Virus record (IMG/VR): IMGVR_UViG_3300030118_004366
Span: 1 to 62,813 of that record
Source of the DNA: a virus
Length of the DNA stretch: 62,813 bases
Reading direction: 5' to 3' (one strand)
Shown here one piece after another: positions 8,035 through 14,167 of the stretch (its first letter is position 1; each line of letters begins with the position of its first letter). The notes below the pieces were generated by a model that was given only the letters and a program-made list of their open reading frames with translations, ran no database searches and had not been told where the DNA came from. The position numbers and the translations under genes were made by a program.

Positions 8035-8080
8035 GACTGACAAAATTTATACACAAAAGAACAGTCCGTTTAAACGTCTT

Positions 8081-8365
8081 CTACAATCTATCCATGAAGT
8101 CTTGTGCTAACTCCATTGGATTTGTAACATCTTCAAGTGCCCAGAACTCGATGAACTTTTCAGCGTCATCATACACGCCTTGAAATATTTGTTCATCGGT
8201 ACGCCAACGCTTGCGCTGGTCTGCACTCATGGTTTTGACTTTACCATTTTCAAGGAAATTAAATCGACTAAAACTTGTCGCTCCGTAATTAAAGAACACG
8301 TCTGAAATACTGAACGAAGTTGAGGTCATCATTAACTTACCTTTGTTTTTACTTATTGTATTCAT
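8081..8365 (-). CDS. Hypothetical protein (94 aa from MNTISKNK; the ORF track extends it to 8431)
   Basis: The ATG at 8365 is preceded by AAAATTTAAGTAT, the start context shared by neighbouring genes. Confidence 0.55.
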   Translation of the reverse strand: MNTISKNKGKLMMTSTSFSISDVFFNYGATSFSRFNFLENGKVKTMSADQRKRWRTDEQIFQGVYDDAEKFIEFWALEDVTNPMELAQDFMDRL

Positions 8366-8430
8366 ATACTTAAATTTTAAAATTCGTCTGCAATATACAA
8401 AATGTTTTTTAATTGTGCAAGCTTTGTACA

Positions 8431-8562
8431 TTAAAATATTATTTTTATTTGTTCACCCCGTTTAAACGCACGCGACTTTTTTTCGGCGATGAGCTTGTTT
8501 AAACGTCGTTGCTCTCTCGCTTTATAAACCGCGTGCATTATTTGTCTTTCTTTTCTGTGCAT
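8431..8562 (-). CDS. Possible 43-aa basic peptide (not in ORF track)
   Basis: Hand translation: MHRKERQIMHAVYKAREQRRLNKLIAEKKSRAFKRGEQIKIIF. It has TAATG overlaps at both ends and contains two GTTTAAAC copies. Confidence 0.3.
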   Translation of the reverse strand: MHRKERQIMHAVYKAREQRRLNKLIAEKKSRAFKRGEQIKIIF

Positions 8563-8807
8563 TAGTTTCGTCTTACGGTATAGTCTTCATTAATTAAAGT
8601 GAAGACATCGCTCCATACTTCAGACGGGACTTCAGCTTCATTCATACAATCGTTTATTCCCTCGAACAATCCGTCAACTGCCTTATCGTCAATCCCTCTT
8701 TGTTCTACGTGGTTATACCAGTGATGAGCTTGCTCCTCTTTACTCCATTCTTCAAAAGGAACGCCTGCTTCTTCTTCGGCTTCTAAAATGTGATTTGGTT
8801 TTTCCAT
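8562..8807 (-). CDS. Hypothetical highly acidic small protein
   Basis: 81-aa ORF rich in E/D, with AAAATTTATATT upstream of the ATG. Confidence 0.6.
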   Translation of the reverse strand: MEKPNHILEAEEEAGVPFEEWSKEEQAHHWYNHVEQRGIDDKAVDGLFEGINDCMNEAEVPSEVWSDVFTLINEDYTVRRN

Positions 8808-8833
8808 AATATAAATTTTAAATTAAACTTCGT

Positions 8834-9058
8834 TTAAACGTCCTCTATCTCATCTGAGTTAGTCAACATGCTTTCCGCAATTTCAAGAGACACAGACTCC
8901 AGAACTTCATAATAAATATAGTCACCGCCTTGGTGCATTTGCAATCCTGATTTGTCTGCAACCTTTTCAATGTGCGAAACTAATCTGCTTATCAAAGTGT
9001 AGTCACCGTCAATAGCGTCATAGATTTCTTTGGCTACTTTTCTTTCAATTTCTGCCAT
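8834..9058 (-). CDS. Hypothetical acidic small protein
   Basis: 74-aa ORF. Its stop codon TAA lies inside a CGTTTAAACG copy. Confidence 0.6.
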   Translation of the reverse strand: MAEIERKVAKEIYDAIDGDYTLISRLVSHIEKVADKSGLQMHQGGDYIYYEVLESVSLEIAESMLTNSDEIEDV

Positions 9059-9085
9059 AATATAAATTTTAAATTAATAACTCCT

Positions 9086-9105
9086 GCACCGCGTTTAAAC
9101 GGTGC
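9086..9105. repeat. Intergenic GC-armed palindrome around GTTTAAAC (module copy C)
   Basis: The sequence is GCACC-gc-GTTTAAAC-GGTGC, followed by aacgctttgagcttagtg. Confidence 0.8.
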
Positions 9106-9147
9106 AACGCTTTGAGCTTAGTGTTCTATTTATAGTCGCTCAATCGA

Positions 9148-9645
9148 CTATTCATCATCACTCCAATCATCGTCCCATTCATACTGGTTGTACTCATTGT
9201 ATTTAACATCTTCCCAATCACCCAGAGTTGTCTCTTTCTTTCTGCACTTATTTAAATCATTAAGTAAATCAATAAAATGACCAACAGCCATGGTATAATT
9301 TACAATGCGTTTAAACGACCCGCTTTTCAGCATGTCCTCTGCGTCTTTCCACATGTCGTACTCACATTGATACAGTTCTGAAGGGTCACCCCAATTAGAA
9401 TCCGCGCTGTGTAACCAATAGATATCATTACCTTGAGCGTCTGATTCTCTATCAATTACAAGAGTATCTGAACCAGTGTAATAACCGCTATTATGGTAGA
9501 GACAATAATCTTTTTCTCTATCTCCTAATAGTTCCCATTGCCACGGGCTGAAATTTCTTTTTAATTCTGCAACGTTGAGACTGCTACTGTCTTCACAGTT
9601 CCAACCGTTTTTTGTTCCGTAAATTTTTAATTCTTTTATAATCAT
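9148..9645 (-). CDS. Hypothetical acidic, Trp/Tyr-rich protein
   Basis: 165-aa ORF with C-terminus ..WDDDWSDDE. It contains CGTTTAAACG (read as SFKRI). Confidence 0.65.
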   Translation of the reverse strand: MIIKELKIYGTKNGWNCEDSSSLNVAELKRNFSPWQWELLGDREKDYCLYHNSGYYTGSDTLVIDRESDAQGNDIYWLHSADSNWGDPSELYQCEYDMWKDAEDMLKSGSFKRIVNYTMAVGHFIDLLNDLNKCRKKETTLGDWEDVKYNEYNQYEWDDDWSDDE

Positions 9646-10055
9646 AAGTTTTGAATTTTAGTTAATCTCTCTAATTTGTCCGAGTCGTTTAAACGCTCCC
9701 AGTCTGAGGGTGGTTGCCAATTTGGAATCTTGCTCCTCATTGTAGCAAATACAATCCTTTCTTTATACTTGACCGCGTCTGCTGTATCCTCCTTTTTATC
9801 ATTCATTAAATCCCCCATTAATAAAAAGGCTTTCATTGAATTTAGTATTGGGTCTGACTCTTTCTCTTTTTGGTCTTGCTTGCTCAAAGTCAAATTTAAT
9901 TCTCTGGCTACATAGTTAATATGTTTTTGAGTAGTTACTGACCAGTAGCCTAATTGAATCAATTTTGAGCCTTCAATAGTTGCTACATGTGTGCTGTAAG
10001 AAAATACTTTATTTCCTTCAACTTTTAGATTTTTATTATATCTTTTTAATTTCAT
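9642..10055 (-). CDS. Hypothetical protein
   Basis: 137-aa ORF with ..VFSYSTHVATIEG..LGYWSVTTQKHINYV... It has an ATGA-type overlap with the upstream gene. Confidence 0.65.
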   Translation of the reverse strand: MKLKRYNKNLKVEGNKVFSYSTHVATIEGSKLIQLGYWSVTTQKHINYVARELNLTLSKQDQKEKESDPILNSMKAFLLMGDLMNDKKEDTADAVKYKERIVFATMRSKIPNWQPPSDWERLNDSDKLERLTKIQNL

Positions 10056-10080
10056 ATTGTATAAATTTTAGTTAAACAAC

Positions 10081-10102
10081 GGACAACGTTTAAACGCTGT
10101 CC
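10081..10102. repeat. Intergenic near-palindrome around GTTTAAAC (module copy A)
   Basis: The sequence is GGACAA-CGTTTAAACG-CTGTCC, followed by cgctttgggcttaatg. Confidence 0.8.
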
Positions 10103-10123
10103 CGCTTTGGGCTTAATGCCTTT

Positions 10124-10333
10124 TTAACGTCGCCCAAACGACTCACGTACCAGCCCAATAATTAACACTGAGCTAACGTACATTAAGAATCCAACGAACA
10201 CGACAAAAGCGAACATTGTCAATCCTTGCTCTAAGGTCTTGACACTATCCAGCATGTGAATAATTACCCGACCTATAGCCGTGAGTAGAAAGAACCACGT
10301 CACGGCTAAAATTGATGTTTGAATTTTCTTCAT
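10124..10333 (-). CDS. Small membrane protein (two predicted TM helices)
   Basis: 69-aa ORF with two long hydrophobic stretches (AVTWFFLLTAIGRVII and FAFVVFVGFLMYVSSVLIIGL). Confidence 0.6.
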   Translation of the reverse strand: MKKIQTSILAVTWFFLLTAIGRVIIHMLDSVKTLEQGLTMFAFVVFVGFLMYVSSVLIIGLVRESFGRR

Positions 10334-10334
10334 A

Positions 10335-10712
10335 TTAAATTAATTTAGGTTTATAACTTGAGTGATTTGAAGGAAGAGTTGTAAAAGTATCATAACCCTT
10401 AGTCCATGAATCAAATTTCTTGATTAAGTTCTGTTGCTCCTTGTCCTCTTTTTCAGCCTGTCTTTTGGCTTCTTCTTCCTCTTCTTCTTCCTCTCTTCGC
10501 ATTTGCTCTTCATTGTCGTCCCAACGCCTTAGAGCGTCTTCAATTTCGTGCTTCATGGCCACGATTTCTTGACAATGTCCGAGCAGGTTTTCCAACCCGT
10601 CTCGCTCGTATTGGCTCATGTCTGTTGACATGTCGCCGTTCTGAATTGCTTCCTCGCAATCGCTTAAGTCTCTCGAAGTATTTTCGAATCGACAATATGA
10701 CATATTTCCCAT
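10335..10712 (-). CDS. Hypothetical protein with poly-Glu tract (start set at MGNMSYC)
   Basis: The ATG at 10712 is preceded by AAAAATTTATACT. The ORF-track extension to 10760 would run through the intergenic palindrome. It contains REEEEEEEEAKR. Confidence 0.6.
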   Translation of the reverse strand: MGNMSYCRFENTSRDLSDCEEAIQNGDMSTDMSQYERDGLENLLGHCQEIVAMKHEIEDALRRWDDNEEQMRREEEEEEEEAKRQAEKEDKEQQNLIKKFDSWTKGYDTFTTLPSNHSSYKPKLI

Positions 10713-10740
10713 AGTATAAATTTTTAAAGTTAAACAACCT

Positions 10741-10758
10741 GAGCCGTTTAAACGGCTC
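10741..10758. repeat. Perfect 18-bp palindrome GAGCCGTTTAAACGGCTC (module copy B)
   Basis: Read directly from the sequence. It is followed by aacgcttagggcttaatg, as in copies A and C. Confidence 0.9.
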
Positions 10759-10770
10759 AACGCTTAGGGC

Positions 10771-10899
10771 TTAATGTACTATTTCAAGACGCCCTAACGT
10801 CCCCAAACCTTTCACGAATTGACGCCATTCTTTGCGCGTTAGTTTAGCGCGCTTACGTGCTTTCGTTTGTCTGTTTGGCTTTGAGATTTTTAATATCAT
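10771..10899 (-). CDS. Possible 42-aa basic peptide (not in ORF track)
   Basis: Hand translation: MILKISKPNRQTKARKRAKLTRKEWRQFVKGLGTLGRLEIVH. AAAATTTATACACT lies upstream of the ATG. Confidence 0.35.
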   Translation of the reverse strand: MILKISKPNRQTKARKRAKLTRKEWRQFVKGLGTLGRLEIVH

Positions 10900-10916
10900 A
10901 GTGTATAAATTTTAGT

Positions 10917-10944
10917 TAATAAAAGGGGCGCGTTTAAACGCCCC
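10917..10944 (-). terminator. Hairpin plus T-run after the SprT-like gene (stem built around GTTTAAAC)
   Basis: The minus strand reads GGGGCGTTTAAACGCGCCCC followed by TTTTATTAA. Confidence 0.5.
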
Positions 10945-10951
10945 ATGTCAT

Positions 10952-11581
10952 TTAGTAATCTTGTTCGTTGTCCATTAGTCCACCGCAACCCGTAGGGCAT
11001 TGTATGTGGTCTGGAAGCATGTTAATATTCTTCCTTGACAATCTGAAACTGAAATCGCAACAATTACAGCTTACCTTCAAATTTCTCACCCCGTCCTTAC
11101 GTCCGCCCGTCATGACCTTAGCATGAGGGAACAAGCCTAACGGCTTTACAACGTTGGCTTTTAGATAATCTTCAAGCCATTCTGTTTCAGTTGTCGCGGT
11201 CATTTTACCTTTCAACCCTACAGCTGTAGCGCAACGTTTAAACGGTGCCCCGTGACCGCTTTTGCAATCATCAACGGCATGAACTAATTCATGAACAAGA
11301 ACGCCTAAAATTCTCAGCGTACCGCTTAAGCTGGTGCCGTCTAAATATGGGGTGATATTTACTTGATTAATTCCACTGTCACAAAGACCCGTTGGAAAGC
11401 ATTGTCCCAACACCTTAACGCCTTTACCGTGTTTTGTTCTGTTTCCTCTGGTTGCCCAGCTTACAGATAATTGAACCTTTGGCACTGTGTACCCTTTGTC
11501 CTTGAAGAGCCCCTTTCTTAGTATGTCTGTTGCATTTTCTAAGTAAGTTTCTCTGTTAGATTTTGACTTTTTATGTCTCAT
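10952..11581 (-). CDS. SprT/Wss1-like zinc metalloprotease with C-terminal zinc ribbon
   Basis: 209 aa with HExxH in ..LVHELVHAVDD.. and a Cys cluster ..CNCCDFSF...CPTGCGG... It is the first gene downstream of the early promoter. Confidence 0.8.
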   Translation of the reverse strand: MRHKKSKSNRETYLENATDILRKGLFKDKGYTVPKVQLSVSWATRGNRTKHGKGVKVLGQCFPTGLCDSGINQVNITPYLDGTSLSGTLRILGVLVHELVHAVDDCKSGHGAPFKRCATAVGLKGKMTATTETEWLEDYLKANVVKPLGLFPHAKVMTGGRKDGVRNLKVSCNCCDFSFRLSRKNINMLPDHIQCPTGCGGLMDNEQDY

Positions 11582-11609
11582 AATGTATAAATTTTGTATT
11601 AATTATGTA

Positions 11610-11617
11610 CAAATATA
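11610..11617 (-). promoter_or_regulatory. Early-arm promoter -7 box TATATTTG (minus strand)
   Basis: Plus strand reads caaatata. It is an exact TAnnTTTG match about 29 nt upstream of the ATG at 11581, at the head of the leftward arm. Confidence 0.55.
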
Positions 11618-12053
11618 GTACAATTCTATTAAAAAACAATAGCCAAACGAAAATATATTTTCATGCACCTGCCAACCTGCTTGTAACTTGCTGACGTTCA
11701 ATGACTTAGCCTGTTGAAAACTTTTATATTTTTTTTATATTTTGTTTTGTCTTTTGATTTATCGGGCGGGCATAACGGGGGAAATCTCTTTTCCTCTTCA
11801 ATTAAAAAACGTCAAACCTTCCCCCGCCCCTCAGCTCGTTTAAACGTTCAGACCCTCACCACGTTTAAACAATGCGCCCGCTTTTGCGGTCAACCTTGAC
11901 CCCGTTTAAACGCTGTAGAAAAAGCTAAAAAATCTGAGAAAAAATTTTTTTATTTTGCTTTGACCGACAAAATATTTTGACTTTCTGTTAGGGGGGTGGC
12001 GAACGTATAACGGGGTATTACCCTCAACCCCAAGATATCTAATAAAATTTTAT

Positions 12054-12061
12054 TATCTTTG
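12054..12061 (+). promoter_or_regulatory. -7 box TATCTTTG
   Basis: The context ttattatctttg lies 17 nt upstream of the ATG at 12078. The same dodecamer context occurs at 49743. Confidence 0.5.
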
Positions 12062-12077
12062 ATAAAAATTAAAAGCT

Positions 12078-12275
12078 ATGAGTATGAACAATTACGTTGA
12101 CGGATTATATATTAAGGATGGCAGGTTAATAAACGACAGGCCTTCATCAGAATCAGGAATAGCAAGAGCAGCTTCTATAAAGAGGTCTGTAAAAAACGAT
12201 AGAAAGATAAATCAAATTGCTGAAGGGATTCAACTTGCAGAAGACAAGAAAAACTTTAGACAATTAGAATTTTAA
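12078..12275 (+). CDS. Hypothetical 65-aa protein (stand-alone transcription unit)
   Basis: The ORF is bracketed by a -7 box and a strong terminator. Confidence 0.5.
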   Translation: MSMNNYVDGLYIKDGRLINDRPSSESGIARAASIKRSVKNDRKINQIAEGIQLAEDKKNFRQLEF

Positions 12276-12319
12276 AAAAACAAATTTCCCTATTTGTTCT
12301 GTTTTGATTTGAGTGAAAG

Positions 12320-12348
12320 AGAGTTTCGTAACTGAAACTCTTTTTTTT
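12320..12348 (+). terminator. Rho-independent terminator
   Basis: AGAGTTTC-gtaact-GAAACTCT followed by T8. Confidence 0.7.
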
Positions 12349-12511
12349 GTCATACCAATGACTAACTTATGACAATTTAATTTTTTGTAACTTATTGATT
12401 ATTAGTTACTTATTTCTTTTATGACGACTATGACGAATAAAATATATAAATTATAATAATAATAATATATAATAATAAGAAAATATATATATAAAAAATA
12501 AAAGCAATTCA

Positions 12512-12542
12512 TTTGTCATATTCGTCACATTTTGTATATTTG
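12512..12542 (+). promoter_or_regulatory. Full Bacteroidota-type promoter upstream of groEL (-33 TTTG, 19-nt spacer, -7 TATATTTG)
   Basis: TTTG is at 12512..12515 and TATATTTG at 12535..12542. The ATG follows at 12569. Confidence 0.65.
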
Positions 12543-12568
12543 AAAAAGTTCTAATTAAATTAAGTACA

Positions 12569-14167
12569 ATGAATAAGCAAGGTTATATTCCTAAGAATCT
12601 TCATTTTGATTCTGAAGGAAGAAAAAAATTAATATCAGGAATAGAAAAAATTTCCAACGCAGTTAAATCTACATTAGGCCCACGCGGGCAAACTGTTATA
12701 ATAGAAAGCACCGAACATCTTAGCGGAATGACCATAACAAAAGACGGAGTAACTGTAGCCCGTAGCATTTTCTTGGACGACCCTGTAGAAAATATAGCAA
12801 TACAAATAATGAAAGACGCTTCCAACCGTACAGCTAATTCAGCTGGCGATGGAACAACTACAGCAATCGTGTTGGCAGAAGCCTTTGTCAAGGCGGGTGT
12901 CAAGTATATGATACCAAATAACAATACCACACAAGTTGTTAGACATATAAACAAACTTGTACAAGATGTTGTAAAGTATTTAGAAAAAAATTCAAAGAAG
13001 ATTACAAACAGTAGTCTTTTAGATGTAGCTAAGATATCAGCCAATAATGATGCAGAGATAGGTAAATTAATATTTGATGCTTATCAGAAAGTTGGAAAGG
13101 ACGGAATAGTAACTGTTGAGCGTTCTCAAAACCATGAGACTTTCGCTGAAGTAACTAACGGTATCAAAGTAGATAGAGGATATTCATCTAACCTGTTCAT
13201 AAATAATCAAAAGAAGGATGAGTGTATATTAGAAAATGTCAAGGTTCTTGTGTGTGACCAAGACATTAATAACATACTTCAAATAGAAAGTGTGTTAAAA
13301 CCTATCATTCAAAAAAGCGAGACCTTGCTTATAATCGCTGATTGCGGAACGAATGTGGTAAATACACTTGCAGCAAATGTCGTAAGAAACGGTTTGAAGC
13401 TGTGTAATATACCGACTCCTTCGTTTGGTTATAAAAAACATGAGCTGATGCAAGACATAGCTCTTACATTAGGAGCAAAGTATTTGTCAGAAAAAACTGG
13501 TGACGATTTATCTACATTGTCAGAAGCTGACTTAGGTACAGCTGATAAAATTATTGTAGGTAAATCAAACTCTGTTCTCATTACTAATAACGAACCAAGT
13601 GAAGAATTAAAAATGAGAATAGATGAACTACGTATTCAAAAAGAAAATACTGAAACACCACAAGAAAGAAAATTTATAGATGAAAGAATAGCCAGCTTAG
13701 CTGGAGCTATCGGGTGTATCTACGTTGGTGGTAACTCAGATGTGGAACAAAAAGAAAAATTTGACCGAGTCGATGACTCGGTATGTGCAGTACGTTCTGC
13801 ACTGGAAGAAGGGATTGTTGCTGGAGCTGGACTTGCATTATATAATGCTTCAAAGACCATCGTAAGTAATAATAAAGATGCTGACTATAATACAGCATGC
13901 AATATTGTTAGAGAAGCTATAGTCCAACCATTAATACAAATATTAGAAAATGCAGGTATCAATCCCGAAAATATATTATCAGAAATAAATGACAAGAAAA
14001 AAAATTATGGATTTGATGTAAAGAATGAGAAGTTTGGAGATTTATTTAAACTTGGTGTTATAGACCCTTTGAAAGTTACAAAGAATGCTTTGATAAATTC
14101 AAGCAGTGTAGCAGCAACAATATTATCAACTAATGCAATCGTAACACATGCCAGAGTCAAAGAGTGA
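12569..14167 (+). CDS. groEL: Chaperonin GroEL (Cpn60)
   Basis: 532 aa with GPRGQTVIIE, ITKDGVTVA, SAGDGTTTAIVLAEA, DGIVTVE and GVIDPLKVTKNAL. It is collinear with bacterial GroEL and has no GGM tail. Confidence 0.95.
   Translation: MNKQGYIPKNLHFDSEGRKKLISGIEKISNAVKSTLGPRGQTVIIESTEHLSGMTITKDGVTVARSIFLDDPVENIAIQIMKDASNRTANSAGDGTTTAIVLAEAFVKAGVKYMIPNNNTTQVVRHINKLVQDVVKYLEKNSKKITNSSLLDVAKISANNDAEIGKLIFDAYQKVGKDGIVTVERSQNHETFAEVTNGIKVDRGYSSNLFINNQKKDECILENVKVLVCDQDINNILQIESVLKPIIQKSETLLIIADCGTNVVNTLAANVVRNGLKLCNIPTPSFGYKKHELMQDIALTLGAKYLSEKTGDDLSTLSEADLGTADKIIVGKSNSVLITNNEPSEELKMRIDELRIQKENTETPQERKFIDERIASLAGAIGCIYVGGNSDVEQKEKFDRVDDSVCAVRSALEEGIVAGAGLALYNASKTIVSNNKDADYNTACNIVREAIVQPLIQILENAGINPENILSEINDKKKNYGFDVKNEKFGDLFKLGVIDPLKVTKNALINSSSVAATILSTNAIVTHARVKE

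Larger units (their letters stand above)
3072..11911. repeat. Dense array of the palindrome (C)GTTTAAAC(G): 26 copies in 8.8 kb
   Basis: Copy starts are 3072, 3637, 4074, 4848, 5611, 5921, 6289, 6481, 6830, 7007, 7387, 7922, 8068, 8460, 8497, 8832, 9093, 9309, 9687, 10088, 10746, 10932, 11236, 11838, 11863 and 11904. Copies elsewhere start at 1717, 14833, 19657, 22549, 24748, 31083, 31669, 33314, 36302, 46781, 56545, 58456, 60921, 62588 and 62683. Confidence 0.9.

Noticed and set aside
7917-8183. An 88-aa plus-strand ORF spanning the tRNA-like region.
   Set aside because: It runs opposite to the whole early arm, covers the tRNA-like element and part of a minus-strand gene, and has no start context.
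11714-11899. A 61-aa plus-strand ORF in the strand-switch region.
   Set aside because: It runs through the GC-rich hairpin blocks and two GTTTAAAC copies, has no promoter box or start context, and has an odd composition. The region reads better as non-coding.
3072-11911. GTTTAAAC copies as a by-product of a conserved peptide motif (FKR or RLN).
   Set aside because: The copies occur in different reading frames, once as a stop codon, and in non-coding spacers. A protein-level explanation therefore fails.
12436-12505. The AT-only tract as a CRISPR array or tandem-repeat locus.
   Set aside because: It has no regular repeat-spacer periodicity and is only low-complexity A/T sequence.
12601-13044. 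A 147-aa minus-strand ORF.
   Set aside because: It lies entirely inside the unmistakable groEL reading frame.
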